The notes: generated by a model not told the origin, from the letters alone. A stretch of 64,000 nt of DNA from Eutreptiella sp. 'Long Island Sound 2002' (GCA_964036045.1 OZ038378.1:91574001-91638000), one strand, 5' to 3'. Numbered from the stretch's first letter, positions 24,347 to 39,800 are shown. Made by a program: numbers and translations.

Positions 24347-24420
24347 GTTGATAGTGGGAATTGAACCAGCATCATTCAATTGCAAGACGAACGCTCTAAC
24401 GAATGGGTCACTAATTGTGG
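24347..24420 (-). tRNA. Degenerate tRNA-like sequence (Ala-TGC-like pseudogene or SINE head)
   Basis: Minus strand reads ...tagtgacccattcgttagagc gttcgt cttgcaa ttgaatgatgct GGTTCAATTCCC actatcaac tttttt. B-box, anticodon loop CT-TGC-AA and a T-run terminator are visible. Acceptor and T stems are poorly paired. Confidence 0.45.
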
Positions 24421-25859
24421 CCGCAATACCAATGCTCAAGCAAGAACAATGAGCAAACCGAGGAGCGCCTTTTTTTTCGAAAATGGCTCATCAAACCACC
24501 CACGCAACCCATAATTATAAGGAAAGGGGGGTCCTAGACTGCACATGAACCCACCCAAGCCCAAATTATAAGAGGTGGGGGTTCCAAACCTTTTGACAAC
24601 GCACCCAAGTTGTGGCACCCCCCCCCCTGGTGTTGGCAATATTTCCTTACAAACGATGCCTCGTGCATGGCCCTCCTTTAGTGCCCCCACAAAAACACCA
24701 ACCACTTGTCCGTTTGCATGCACATTGAAAGTCAACACCATTCACCCACTAGGGGGAGAGGGGGGCGGACTACCTCAAACTCCAACTATTGGTGAAAGGG
24801 CCGCACGGTGCGCTGCGGGCTGAGCTGGGGAATGGGGTGATGGGGTGCAATACAAGCTCTTGCCCAATGAACTAGGGGTGGGGTGTACGGGAGTTTGGGG
24901 CCTTTGGCTAGGTTCAGCCACCCAAGAACCTAGCCTACCCTTGGAGAGTGGGGGGTTGATGGCATGGCCTACTCAATGGCAATGATTTGCGTTTGTGCTT
25001 TAGCCCTTGAAAAATCCCTATTTTATCCAATGAAAAAATTCCCCATTTTCGTTAACCTAAAATTCATAATTTTTTCCCCATGATGTCGCTTCTTGGACGT
25101 GCCTTGCCAAAACCCATACAATTTGTTCTGGGCAGAAATTAACAAAAAAACCGAAAGTTCGCGAATTTTTTCACCAAAGAAAGTGGGGTTCAATGTTGAC
25201 CCCCTCCCCTCTAAAAATCGCTTTCAGTGGGGGGTGTCTATGGTTGTTCTTACGTAAACTCATTGGGGGGCGCCCGGGTGCAGTTCGTGAAGCTGCCACC
25301 CCTTGAACGCTTTGGCCCCTTGAAGGGGGCGGGGGGGATGAAAGTTGGGTTGGGGAGGGACCAAAAAATGTCCCGTTCTTCGAAGCAGGGAAGCGGTGGC
25401 ATGAAGGGTTAGCATACAACAATGGAGCTCTGCCCCCTAAGCAATGTCACGGTGATTGCGGCTGCCCTTAGCCCCTGCCCGGGGCCGCATGGGGGGGCTT
25501 GACCAAAGAGACACGGCCCAACACCAAACAGGGTGCCTCACAGCGTGCCCAAGCCTATCAGGTTGCTTTGACCGTTTCGGGTTTCATATCACCATCTCAC
25601 GGGGTGTCAAGTGCCGTAAGCGGTTGTTTCATACTGTTTCGCGGTTCGCACCTACTCTTACGTGTGGGCCCTTTCGAGCCTCTACTAGGTGGCCAACCCA
25701 AATTGGGAGTCCCTCATGGCTATGGTGGGCTAGGCTTCCCTCGCCCCGCCATTGTGTGCGGCCACCTGTCCTATTGTGCGTGCCATAATGGGCCAAAACA
25801 AACACAAAAGAACATTCAAGTATCAATACATGCCTACGAACATTTCGATGTTCAGGAGA

Positions 25860-27480
25860 GGAATCGGGGTTGGTTGGCGAAGGACGAGCCCTTTGCACGG
25901 CCTTCTGCTCTCTGTTGCAGGCGTGCTCCTCTACATTGACCCGGGCAGGGAGTGTTTGCTACGAAGGGTGACCACTCGTGGTCATGCATCCGATGCACTC
26001 TCCGAAGGGCAATACTCTGAGGCACTTGGCCCGGACGTGTTGTTGTTGCTCTTGTTGTTGTTGCTCTTGTCGTTGTCGTTGGTTGGTGGTGCTCCTGTTA
26101 ATGTTGTTGCTGCTGCTACTGTTTAATTGCCTTGCCTACTGCTTTGTGTTGCTCGCACACGTGACTTTCAATGGCATATGTGCACATCCACCTACGGCAC
26201 GTTACAACAAGGCACTGCACAACGACATTCGTGCAAGGGTAGCTTGTTGAGCCCTTTGCCACATTGGTGACGAACAAATTAGTGAATCCGTATAGGAATG
26301 TGGTGTGCACCATTCTGGAAATCATGAGGGTTGTGCACCTTGATTCTAAAGACGCACAGGACACGCAAAAAATGTCTCGCTCTGCCGTTTGTTGTTTGGG
26401 CCACTTGTGGCCCAACGAAAGATGCGGACACACATGCCCCCGCATTGCACAAATGCCAACACGTTAATTACAACCATCAAAACAGAAAGACTATGCATTT
26501 TGCTCAGGGTCCACTTCCAATGTGGGGTGACTGGGAAGACAACAAGGGGCCTTATAGGGAATGCTCGGAATGGTTTTTGGCAAGTCCGTGCCCAACAACC
26601 ATTGTGCTAGAGCCTCAGCCTGCTGTGTGGTAAGTTGCCAAAGGTTGTGGACCGTAGCTTTTGGCTGCACCATGGTACAGAGTCATCAACATCCTTCCTT
26701 TCCAATGGATAACTTGGGCTGCGTCCAGTGATTCAAAGGGCATGTATGGTGCACCCACCATTGGGGCATTGCCATGCATGACACTAACCTTGCGCTTAAT
26801 AACCTCGCCCTGATGCGTAACATCAAGGATCATAAAGAAACCAATGGATGCACGGTCTATTTGTAGTTGTAAAGTGCAACCACAATGTATTGCAACTACG
26901 CATAGTCTGAGAACCTTGATGGCGACACATATATGTCCTTGCTAGGGAGATATGCACAAACACGCACCAACTGACTCAAGCTATGGCTGAAATCTTGGTG
27001 ACTCCAATTGACAAAAATGTTGACCACCGAATAAATGTGCATCCCCTTATCCCCGAAAAACATGGACATCGCAGCTAGAGCATCAATTCCGCCAGCCGGG
27101 GAGGCCGTTGCGATGTAGGCAAACAACCCATTCGGCCCCTCGGATAAACCAAGGTTGGGTGGGCCATCTTGCTCAATGTTTTCACCATTACTGTCGTCAA
27201 GAAGGAAGATGCCACGGGCCACTGGCCAACAGCCGCAACACCTGAAGAAGTGACGGCAACGTGTTGAACTCCACACGGGAGGGGGGGGGGTTTACATGCT
27301 CACAGAGGCCAACAAAGTGAGGTGTCTCCCGTTTCTTCCCATACAAGACAGACAACAATCAAAGCACGGCGGGTTCATCGAGCAAAAGCTACATGGGTAG
27401 GCTTGTCTGTGTGAGCACAGAGGAAAGTTGCCCCGTTGCCTTGCTTGCGCGTGGGTTGTAGTTGGCACATTGCCCAAAAG
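25860..27480 (-). pseudogene. Fragmented unknown gene with Cys-rich segments and low-complexity S/T/N region
   Basis: Protein-like frames MILDVTHQGEVIKRKVSVMHGNAP..., LTTQQAEALAQWLLGTDLP, PCSFCSMNPPCFDCC and TRCRHFFRCCGCW, broken by frameshifts. Confidence 0.25.
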
Positions 27481-27861
27481 CAGATATGGGGGCTAGTTCC
27501 AACTTAAATGGCTATCCCCCCCCTTCACATTGTGGTGTGTAGGATTGTGAAGTTTGGGGTTGTGGCATCTGAGGATGTGTTGGGGGGGTGGGTCTGCAGG
27601 AGTTGCACCCGCTATGGTATGGGTTGGAGCATGGCACGGACCCCCCCTCCCCACTCTTGTACCACCGTTCGGTTGTCGGGGTAGAAAACGGGCACGGGTT
27701 TTCCGCCAGGGAAAACCTGTGGTTTTCGGCTGTCGGGCCGTTCGGGTGACCGACGTCGCTCGAGGTAGTGTACATGCTTGGGAGGTCTAAACTCCTTCTG
27801 CCGTTGCAATGTGCCGGCGTGTGTCGCCCCTCTTCGGGTGCCCGTAGCCCCTCCGTATGTG

Positions 27862-30800
27862 CTGTGCGCCATGCAGGCGCTTTGTGACTTGCATCTGTGC
27901 GCCATGGAGGTGGGTGTGACTTGCATCTGTGCGCCCTGCAGGCGCTCCGTGGCTCTCATTAGTGCGCCATGCAGGCTCTGTGTGACTTGCATGTGAGCGC
28001 CATGCAGGCGCTGAGTGACTCGCGTCTGTGTGCCATACACGCGCTCTGTGATTCACATCTGAACGTCATGCAGGCGCTCTGTGACTCGCATCTGTGCGCC
28101 TTGCAGGCGCTCTGTGACTCACATTCGTGCGCCATGCAGCCCTTCCGGGACGCGCATCTGAACGCCATGCAGGCGCGCTGTGTCTCGCATATGTGTGCCA
28201 TGCAGGCGCTCGGAGACTCGCATGTGTGCGTCATGCACGCGCTCTATGCTTCGCATTTGTGTGTCATGCACGCGCTCTGTGACTCGCATTTGAACGCCAT
28301 GTAGACACTCTGTGACTCGCATCTATGTGCCACGCAGGCACTTTGTGACTTGCCTTCGTGTCCCACGTCGGCACTCCGGGACGCGCATCCGAATGCCATG
28401 CAGGCACTTTGTCGCTCGCATGTGTGCGCTATGCAGGCACTCTGTGACCCGCTTCTTTGCGCCATGCACGCGCTAGGTGACTTGCAGGGGTGTGCCATCC
28501 AGGGGCTCTGTGAGGTGTGTTTGTGCGCCCCGCAGGCGCTCTGTGAGTGGCATTTGTGTGCCATGTAGGCGCTCTGTGACTTGCATCTGCGTGTCATGCA
28601 CGCGGGTGTGACTTGCATCTGTGCACCACGCAGGCGCTTCGTGACCATCATCAGCTCGCTATGCAGGCTCTTTGTGACTTGCATCTGTGCCCCATGCAGG
28701 CGCTCTGTGACTCGCATTTGTGTGCCATGAAGGCGCTCTGTGACCCGCATCTTAACGCCATGCAGGCGCTCCGTGACTCGTAGTTGTACGCCATGCAGGC
28801 ACTCCGGGACCCGCATCTGAGTGCCATGCAGGCGCCCTGTGACTCGCATCTATCAGCCATGCAGGCGCTCTGTGACGCGCATGTGTGCGCCATGCAGCCG
28901 CTCCGTGACTCGCATATGTGTGCCATGCAGCCGTCCGCTCTGTGACTGGCATCTGCGCGCTATGCACACACCCTGTGAATCGCATGTGTGCGCCACGCGG
29001 GCGCTCTGTGATTCCTGTCTGTGCGCCAAGTAGGCGCTTTGTGACTTGTATCTGTACTTCATGCGAGAAATCTATGACTCGCATCTGTGTGCGTTACAGG
29101 CGCTACGTGACTTGTATATGTGCGCGATACAGGCGCTCTGTGACTAGTATCCATGCGCCATGCAGGCGCTTTGTGGCTTGCATCTTTGCGTCACCGGCAG
29201 GTGTGACTTGTATCTGTGCGCCATGCAGGCGCTCTGGGACTCGTATCTGTGCGCCATGCACTCGTTCTGTGACACGCATCTGTGTGCCATGCAAGCGCTC
29301 CGTGACTTGCATGTGTGCGCTATGCAGTCGTTCTTAGACTTGCATCTGCATGCCGCACATGCGCTGTGTGACCGGTATCTGGGTGCCATGCAGGCGCCGT
29401 GTGACCCGCATCTTGTCGCCAAGCAGGCGCTTTGTGACGCAAATGTGTGCGCAACGTGAGCCCTCCGTGACCCGCATTTGTGCGCCATGCAGGCGCTCTG
29501 TGACTCGGATCTGGCACCATCTAGGCGCCCTGTGACTCGCAACTTTGTTCCACGCGGGCTCTTTGGGACTCGCATCTTTGTGCCACACAGGCGCTTGGAT
29601 ACTCGCATCTGTGCTCCATGCAGGAACTCTATGACGCGCATCTGTGTGCCCTGCAGTTCTATGTGACTTGCATACGTGCGCAATGCTGGCGATCTGCGAA
29701 TGGTATCCGTGCGCCATGCTGGCACTCTGTGAGTTGCATCTCTGAGCCATGCAGGCGCCATGTGGCTCTCATTAGCGCGCCATGCAAGCTCTATGTGAAT
29801 TGCACGGGTGCGCTATGCAGTGACTCTGTGACCGGCATCTGAACGACATGCAGGAGCTCAGTGACTTGCATGTGTGCGTCTTGTAGGCGCTCTGTGACTC
29901 ATATTTGTGCGCCATGCAAGCACTCCGGGACGCGCATGTGAATGCCATCCAGGCGCCCCGCGTCTCGGATCTGTGTGCGGCATGCGGGCCCTCTCTGACT
30001 CGCATTTGCGCGTCATGCGGGTGCGTTCCGTGCCTCGCGTTTGTGTGCCAGGCAGGCGCTGCGTGACTCCCATTTGCACGCCATGCAGACATTCTGTGAC
30101 TTGCATCTGTGCGACATGCCGCCGCTCTGTGACTCGCATTCGTGTGCAACGCAGGCACTGCAGGACGCGCAATTGGACGCCATGCAGGGGCTCTGTGTCT
30201 CGCATCTGTGCGCTATACAGGCATTCTGTGACCCGCTTTTTGACGCCATGCACGCGCTCTGTGACTTGCAGCAGTGTGCCATGCAGGTGCTCAGCGAAAT
30301 TCATCTATGTGCCCTGCAGGCGCTCTCTGACTCGCATGTGCGCGCTATGCGGGCGCTCAAGGACTCTCATCTCAACGCCATGCAGACCTGCTGTGACTCG
30401 CAACTGTGCGCCAGGCAGGCGCTCTGTGACTCGCATGTGTCTGCCACGTGGGCACTCCGGGACGTGCATCTGGACGCCATGCAGGCGCTCTGCCGCTTAC
30501 ATCTATGCGCTGTGCAGGCACCCTGTGACCCGCTCATTTGCGCCATGCACGCGCTCTGTGACCTGCAGCGGTGTGCCACGTAGGCACTCTATGTGTATTT
30601 GTGTGCCCTGCAGGCGCTGTGTGACTAGCATCTGCGCGCTATGAAGGCACCATGTGACTCGCATGTGTGCGCCACACGGGCGATCTGTGACTCGTATATG
30701 TGCGCCATGTAGGCACTTTGTGACTTGTATCCTTACTCCATGCAGGAACTCTACGACTCGCATATGTGCGCCTTGCAGGCGCTCTGTGACTTGCATATGT

Positions 30801-33800
30801 GCGCGATATAGAAGCTCTGTGATTGGTATCCGTGCGCCATGCAGGCGGGTGTGACTTGTATTTGTGCGCCACCCAGGCGCTCTGTGACTCGTATCTGGGC
30901 GCCATGCACGCGCTCGGTGACTCGCATCTGTGTGCCATGCAGGCGCTTGGAGCTTGCATGTGTGCACTGTGCAGTCGCTCTGACGCTTGCATGTGCATGC
31001 CACGCAGGCGCTGCGTGACTCGCATCTGAAAGCCATGGAGGTGCGCTCTGACTCGCACATGTGCTCCCTGCAGGCCTTTGCGACCGGCATCCGAACGCCA
31101 TGCAGAAACTGTGTTACTGGCATATGTGCGCCACGCGCGTTATGTGACTCGCACTCGTGTGCCATGCAGGCACTCCGGGACACGCATCTAGACGCCATGC
31201 AGGTGCTGTGTGTTGCGCATCTGTGCGCTACGCAGGCACTCTGTGCCCCGCTTCTTTGCGTCGTGCACGCGCCCTGTGACTTGCAGCGGTGTGCCATGCA
31301 GCCGCTCCGTGAAGTGCATCCGTGCGCCATGCAGGCGCTTTGTGACTCGCATGCTTGTGCCGTGCAGGCACTTCGGGACGTGCATCCAAACACCATGCAG
31401 GCGCTCTGTCACTCGCATCTATGCGCTACGCAGGCAACCCGTGACCCGCTTGTGTGCGCCATGCATGCGCTCTGTGACTTGCAGCGGTGTGCCATGCAAG
31501 CGCTGTGTGACGTGTATCTGTGAGCCCTGCAGGCGCCCTGTGAATGGCATGTGCGCGCTATTCAGGTGCCCTGTGACTCGCATCTCTTCGCCCCGCGGGC
31601 CCTCTGTGACTGGTATCCGTGCGCCATGTAGGCTGTTTGCGACTTGTATTTGTGCTCCATGCAGGAACTCTACGACTCGCATCGGTGCGGCCTACAGGCG
31701 CTCTATGACTTGCATATGTGCGCGATCGAGGCACTCTGTGACTGGTATCCGTGCCCCATGCAAGCGCTTTGTGACTTGCATCTGTGCGCCATGCAGGTGG
31801 GTGTGACTTGTATGTGTGGGCCACGCAAGCGCTTTGTGACTCGTATCTGGGCGCCATGCACGGGCTCGCTGACTCACATCCTTGTGCCATGCAGGCGCTC
31901 TATGACTTGTATGCTTGCGCCATGCAGTCGCTCTGAGACTTGCATCTGTGTGCCACGCAGGCGCTCTATGATTCGCATCCGAACGCTATGCAGGCGCTCT
32001 ACAACTCGCATCCGTGCGCTTTGCAAAAACTCTGTGACTCGCTGTCGTGTGCCATGCAAGCGCTTCTGAACGTGCATCCTGATGCGATGCAAACGCTGTG
32101 TGACTCATACTTGTGTGCGATGTACGCGCTCTGTGACTCGCGCGTGTGCGCCATGCAGGCACTCGGTGGCTCACATCTGTGTGCCATGCTGCCGCTCCGT
32201 GACTCGCATCTGAACTCCATGCAGGCACTATGTGACTCAATTATGTGCGCCATATAGGCGCTCTGTGACTGGCATCTGTGCGCCATGCAGGCGCTCTGTT
32301 ACTCACAGTCGTGTTCCATGCAAGCACTCCGAGACACACATCTGAACGCCATGCAGGCGTCCCGTGCCTCGCATCTGTGCCACGCAGGCGTATTGTGACT
32401 CGCATGCGTGTGCCATGCAGGCGTTGCGTGACTCGCTTTTGAACGCCATGCAGACACTTTGTGACTCGCATTTGTGAGACATTCCGGCGCTCTGTGAAGC
32501 GCATTCGTGTGCCACGCAGGCACTATGGGACACGCAATTGGACGCCATGCACGGGCTCTGTGTCTCGCATATGTGCCCTATGCAAGCATTCTGTGACATG
32601 CTTTTTTACGCCGTGCACGCGCTCTGTGACTTGCAGCGGTGTGCCATGCAGCCGCTCAGTGAAGTTCATCTGTGACTAGCATTTGCGCGCTATGCGGGCG
32701 CTCTAGGACTCGCATGTGAACGCCATGCAGACACTCTGTGACTCGCATCTGTGCCCCATGCAGGCGCTTTGTGACTCGCATGGTTGTGCCATGCAGGCAC
32801 TCCGGGACGCGCATCTGAACGCCATGCAGGCGCTCTGCCGCTTACAACTGTGCGTTGTGCAGGCACGCTGTGACCTGCTTCTTTGCGCCATGCACGCGCT
32901 CTGTGACCTGCAGGGGTGTGCCACGAAGGCGCTCTATGAAGTGTATCTGTGTGCCTTGACGGTGCTCTATGACTGGCATCTGCGCGCTATGCAGGCGCCC
33001 TGTGACTCGCACGCGTGCGCCACGCGGGCGATCTGTGACTCGTATCTATGCGCCATGTAGGCACTTTGTGACTTGTATCCTTACTCCATGCAGGAACTCT
33101 ACGAGTCGCATCTGTGCGCCTTGCAGGCGCTCCGTGACTTGCATACGTGTGCGATACATAAGCTATGTGAATGGTATCCGTGCGCCATGTAGGCGCTTTG
33201 TGACTTGTATCTGTGCTCCATGCAGGAACTCTACGACTCGCATCGGTGCGGCCTACAGGCACTCTATGACTTGCATATGTGCGCGATCGAGGCACTCTGT
33301 GACTGGTATCCGTGCCCCATGCAAGCCCTTTGTGACTTGCATCTGTGCGCCATGCAGTTGGGTGTGACTTGTATGTATGGGCCACGCAGGCGCTTTGTGA
33401 CTCGTATGTGGGCGCCATGCACGGGCTCGCTGACTGACAACCGTGTGCCATGCAGGCGCTCTGTGACTTGTATGCTTGCGCCATGCAATCGCTCTGAGAC
33501 TTGCATCTGTGTGCCACGCAGGCATTCTATGATTCGCATCCGAACACTATGCAGGCGCTCTGTGACTCGCATCCGTGCGCTTTGCAGAACTCTGTGACTC
33601 GCTGTCGTGTGCCATGCAGCCGCTTCTGAACGCGCATGCTAACACCATGCAAGCGCTGTGTGACTCACACTTGTGTGCCATGCACGCGCTCTGTGACTCG
33701 CGCGTGTGCGCCATGCAGGCACTCAGTGGCTCACATCTGTGTGCCATGCAGGCGCTCCGTGACTCGCATCTGAACTCCATGCTGGCACTTTGTGACTGGC

Positions 33801-36800
33801 ATCTGTGCGCCATATAGGCGCTCTGTTACTCACGGTCGTGTGCCACGCAAGCACTCCGAGACACACATCTGAACGCCATGCAGGCGTCCCGTCCCTCGCA
33901 TATGTGTGCCACGCAGGCGTATTGTGACTCGCATGCGTGTGCCATGCAGGCGTTGCGTGACTCGCTTTTGAATGCCATGCAGACACTCTATGACTCGCAT
34001 CTCTGTGACATGCCGGCGCTCCGTCACGCGCATCTGTGTGCCACGCAGGCACTGTTGAACCCGCAATTGGACGCCATGCACGGGCTCTGTGTCTCGCATA
34101 TGTGCCCTATGCAAGCATTCCGTGACATGCTTTTTTACGCCGTGCACACGCTCTGTAACTTGCAGCGGTGTGCCATGCAGGCGCTCAGTGAAATTCATCT
34201 GTGACTACCATCAGCGTGCTATGCGGGCGCTCTAGGACTCGCATGTGAACGGCATGCAGACACTCTGTGACTCGCATCTGTGCCCCATGCAGTCACTTTG
34301 TGACTCGCATGGGTGTGCCATGCAGGCACTCCGGGACGCGCATCTGAACGCCATGCAGGCGCTCTGCCGCTTACAACCGTGCGTTGTGCAGGCACGCTGT
34401 GACCTGCTTCTTTGCGCGATGCACGCGCTCTGTGACCTGCAAGGGTGTGCCACGAAGGCGCTCTATGAAGTGTATCTGTGTGCCTTGCAGGTGCTCTATG
34501 ACTGGCATCTGCGCGCTATGCAGGCGCCTTGTGACTCGCATACGTGCGCCACGCGGGCGATCTGTGACTCCTATCTGTGCGCCATGTAGGCACTTTGTGA
34601 CTTGTATCCGTACTCCATGCAGGAACTCTACGAGTCGCATCTGTGCGCCTTGCAGGTGCTCCCGACTTGCATACGTGTGCTATGTGAATGGTATCCGTGC
34701 GCCATGCAGGCGCTCTGTAACTTGCATCCGTGCGCCATGCAGGTGGCTGTGACATGTATCTATGCGCCACCTAGGCGCTCTATGGCTCGTATCTGGGCGC
34801 CATGCAAGCGCTCGGTGACTCGCATATGTGTGCCATGCAGGCGCTTGGTGACTTGCATGCGTGCGCTATGCAGTTGCTCTGAGACTTGCATGTGCATGCC
34901 ACACAGGCGCTGCGTGACTCGCGCCTGATAGCCATGCGGGTGCGATGTGACTCGCACATGTGCGCCTTGCAGGCGCTCTGTGACCGGCAGCTGAAGGTCA
35001 TGCAAAAACTGTGTGACTCGCGTCTGTGCGCCATGCACGCGTTACGTGACTCGCGCTCGTGTGCCATGCAGGCACTCCGGGACGCGCAGGTGAACGCCAA
35101 GCAAGCGCTCTGTGTCGCGCATCTATGCGCTATGCGAGCACCATGTGACCCGCTTCTTTGCGTCATGCACGCGCCTTGTGACTTGCAGCGGTGTGCCATG
35201 CAGCTGCTCTGTGAAGTGCATCTGTGTGCCCTCTAGGCGCTCTCTGACTCGCTTCTGCGCGCTATGCGGGCACTCTAGCCCTCACAACTGAACGCCATGC
35301 AGATACTCTGTTACTCGCATCTGTGCGCCATGCAGGCGCTTTGTGAATCGCATGTGTGTGCCGTGCAGGCACTTCGGGACGTGCATGTGAACGCCATGCA
35401 GGCGCTTTGTCGCTCGCATTTGTGCGCTACGCAGGCAACCTGTGACCCGCTTCTTTGCGCCATGCACGCGCTTTGTGACCTGCAGCGGTGTGCCACGCAG
35501 GCGCTCTATATAGTGTATCTGTGTGCCCTGCAGGCGCTCATGGAATGGCATCTGCGCGCTATGCAAGCGCCCTGTGACTCGCATGTGTGCGCCACGCGGG
35601 CGGTTTCTGACTCGTATCTTTGCGCCATGTAGGCACTTTGTGACTTGTATCTGTACTCCATGCAGGAACTCTACGACTCGCATCTAGGCGCCTTGCGGGC
35701 GCTCTATGACTTCCATATGTGCGCGACACATATGCTATGTGATTGGTATCCGTGTGCCATGCAGGCGCTCTATAACTTGCATCGGTGCGCCATGCAAGCG
35801 GGTGTGACTTGTATTTGTGCGCCACCCGGGCGCTCTGTGACTCGTATCTGGGCGCCATGCACGCGCTCGGTGACTCGCATCTGTATGCCATGCAGGCGCA
35901 TGGTGACTTGCATGTGTGCGCTATGCAGTCGCTCTGAGGCTTGCATGTGCATGCCACGTGAGCGTTGCATGACTCGCATCTGAAAGCCATGCGGGTGCGC
36001 TGTGACTCGCACATGTGCGCCTTGTAGGCGCTCTGTGAGTAGCAGCTTAACGCCATGCAAGGATTGTGTGACTCGCATCTGTGCGCCACGCACGCGCTGT
36101 GTGACTCGCACTCGTGTGCCATGCAGGCACTCCGGGACACGCATGTGAACGCCATGCAGGCGCTCTGTGTCGTGAATCTGTGCGCTATGCGGGCACCATG
36201 TGACCCGCTTCTTTGCCTCATGCACGTGTCTGGTGACTTGCAGCGGTGTGCCATGCAGCCGCTGTGTGAAGTGCATATGTGTGCCCTGCAGGCGCTCTCT
36301 GACTCGCATCTGCGCGCTATGCGGGCGCTCTGGGACTCGCAACTGAACACCATGCAGACACTCTGTGACTCGCATCTGTGCGCCATGCAGAGTTTTGTGA
36401 CTCGCATGCGTCTGACGTGCAGGGACTTCGGGACGTGCATGTGAACGCCATGCAGGCGCTCTGTCGCTCGCATCTGTGCGCTACGCAAGCAACTTGTGAC
36501 CCGCTTCTTTGCGCCATGCACGCGCTCTGCGACCTGCAGCTGTGTGCCACGCAAGCGCTCTATATAGTGTATCTGTGTGCCCTGCAGGCGCTCTATGACC
36601 GTCATCTGCGCGATATGCAAGCGCCTTGTGACTCGCATGTGCGCCACGCGTGCGATCTGTAACTCCTATCTGTGCGCCATGTAGGCACTTTGTGACTTGT
36701 ATCTGTACTCCATGCAGGAACTCTACGACTCGCATCTGTGCGCCTTGCAGGCGCTCCGTGACTTCCATATGTGCCCGATGCAGACGCTATGTGATTGGTA

Positions 36801-39800
36801 TCCGTGCGCCATGTAGGCGCTCTGTAACTTGCATCTGTGCGCCATGTAGGCGGGTGTGGCTTTTATTTGTGCGCCAGCCAGAAGCTCTATGACTCGTATT
36901 TGACGCCATGCACGCGCTCGGTGACTCGCATCTGTGTGCCATGCAGGCGCTTGGTGATTTGCATGTGTGCGCTATGCAGTCGCTCTGAGACTTGCATGTG
37001 CATGCCGCGCAGGCGCGGCGTGACTCGCATCTGAAAGCCATGCGGGTGCGTAATGACTCCCACATGTGCACCTTGTAGGCGCTCTGTGACTGGCACCTTA
37101 ACGCCATGCAAAAACTGTGTGACTCGCATCTGTGCGCCACGCACGCGTTGTGTGACTCGCACTCGAGTGCCATGCAGGCACTCCGGGATGCGCATGTGAA
37201 CGCCAAGCAAGCGCTCTGTGTCGCGCATCTATGCGCTATGCGGGCACCATGTGACCCGCTTCTTTGCGTCATGCACGCGCCTTGTGACTTGCAGCAGTGT
37301 GCCATGCAGCCGCTCTGTGAAGTGCATATGTTTGCCCTGCAGGCGCTCTCTGACTCGCATCTGCGCGCTATGCGGGCGCTCTAGGACTCGCATGTGAACG
37401 CCATGCAGACATCCTGTGACTCGCATCTGTGCCCCATGCAGGCGCTTTGTGACTCGCATGCCTATGCCGTGCAGGCACTTCGGGACATGCATCGGAATGC
37501 CATGCTGGCGCTCTGTCGCTCGCATCCGTGCGTTACGCAGGCACCCTGTGACCCGCTTGTGTGTGCCATGCTCGCGCTCTGTGACCTGCAGCTGTGTGCC
37601 ACGCAGGCGCTCTGTGAAGTGTATATGTGTGCCTTGCAGGTGCTCTATGACTGGCATATGCGCGCTATGCAGGCGCCCCGTGACTCGCATGTGTGCGCCA
37701 CGCGGGCGATCTACTTGTATCGGTTCGCCATGCAGGCACTTTGTTACTTGTATCTGTACTCCATGCAGGAACTCTACGAGTCGCATCTGTGCGCCTTGCA
37801 GGCGCTCTGTGACTTGCATATGTGTGCGATACATAAGCTATGTGAATGGTATCCGTGCGCCTTGCAGGCACTCTGTAACTTGCATCTGTGCGCCATTTAG
37901 GCGGGTGCGACTTTTATCTGTGCGCCACCCAGGCGCTCTATGACTCGTATATCGGCGCCATGCACGCGCTCGGTGACTCGCACATGTGCGCCTTGCAGGT
38001 GCTCTGTGACTTGCAGCTGAACCCCATGCAGAAACTCTGTGACTCGCATCTGTGCGCCACGCACGCGTTATGTGACTCGCGCTCGTGTGCCATGCAGGCA
38101 CTCCGGGACGCGCATGTGAACGCCATGCAGGCGCTCTGTGTCGCGCATATATGCGCTATGCGGGCACCATGTGACCCGCTTCTTTGCGTCATGCACGAGC
38201 CTTGTGACTTGCAGCGGTGTGCCATGCGGCCGCTCTGTGAAGTGCATCTGTGTGCCCTGTAGGCGCTCTCTCACTGGCATCTGCGCGCTTTGCGGGCGCT
38301 CTAGGACTCGCATCTCAACGCCATGAAGACGCTCTGTGACTCGAATGTGTGCGGCATGCAGGCGCTTTGTGACTCCCACGTGTGTGCCGTGCACGCACTT
38401 TGGGACGTGCATCTGAACGCCATGCAGGCGCTCTGTCGCTCGCATCTGTGCGCTACGCAGGCAACCTGTGACCCGCTTCTGTGCGCCATGCATGCGCTTT
38501 GTGACTTGCAGCGGTGTGCCATACAAGCGCTCTGTGACGTCTATCTGTGCGCCTTGCGGGCGCTCATTGACTAGCATCTACGCGCTATGCAGGCGCCCTG
38601 TGACTCACAATTTTGCGCCCCGGGGGCCCTCTGTGACTGGTATCCGTGCGCCATGTAGGTGGTTTGTGACTTGTATATGTGGTCCATGCAAAAACTCTAC
38701 GACTCGCATCGGTGCGGCCTACAGGCGCTCTATGACTTGCATATGTGCGCGATCGAGGCACTCTGTGACTGGTGTCCGTGCCCCATGCAAGGGCTTTGTG
38801 ACTTGCATCTGTGCGCCATGCAGGTGGGTGTGACTTGTATGTATGGGCCACGCCGGCGCTTTGTGACTCGTATATGGGCGCCATGCACGGGCTCGCTGAC
38901 TCACATCCGTGTGCCATGCAAGCATAAGCTATGTGAATGGTATCCGTGCGGCATCCAGGCGCTTTCTGACTTGTATCTGTACTCCATGCAGGAACTCTAT
39001 GACTCGCATCGGTGCGCCCTACAGGCGCTTTGTGACTTGCATATGTGCGCGATTGAGGCATTCTCTAACTAGTATCCGTGTGCCATGCAGGCGCTTTGTG
39101 ACTTGCATCTGTGCGCCATGCAGGTGGGTGTGACTTGTATGTGCGCCACGCAGGCACATTGTGACTCGTTTTTGGACGCCGTGCACGCGCTCGCTGACTC
39201 ACATCCATGTGCCATGCAGGCGCTCGGTGACTTGTATGCGTGCGCCATGCAGTCTTTTTGAGACTTGCATCCGTGTGCCACGCAGGCGCTCTGTGATTCG
39301 CATCCGAACACTATGGAGGCGCTCGGTGACGTGCATCCGTGCGCTTTGCAGAAACGCTGTGACTTGCTGTCGTGTGCCATGCAGGCGCTTCCGAACGCGC
39401 ATCCTAACGCCATGCAAGTGCCGTGTGATTCACACTTGCGTGCCATGCACGCGTTCTGTGACTCGCGTGTGTGCGCCATGCAGGCACTCGGTGGCTCACA
39501 TCTTTGTGCGATGCAGGCACTCTTCGACTTATATCTCTGCACCATGCGGGCGCTTTGAGACTTGCATCTGTGTGCCACGCAGGCGCTCTGTGATTCTCAT
39601 CCGAATACTATGCAGGCGCTCGGTGACTCGCATCCGTGCGCTTTGCAAAAACTCTGTGAGTCGCTGTCGTGTGCCATGTAGGCGCTTCTGAACGCGCATC
39701 CTAACGCCATGCAAGCGCTGTGTGACTCACACTTGTGTGCCATGCACACGCTCTGTGACTCGCGCGTGTGCGCCATGCAGGCACTCGGTGGCTCACATCT

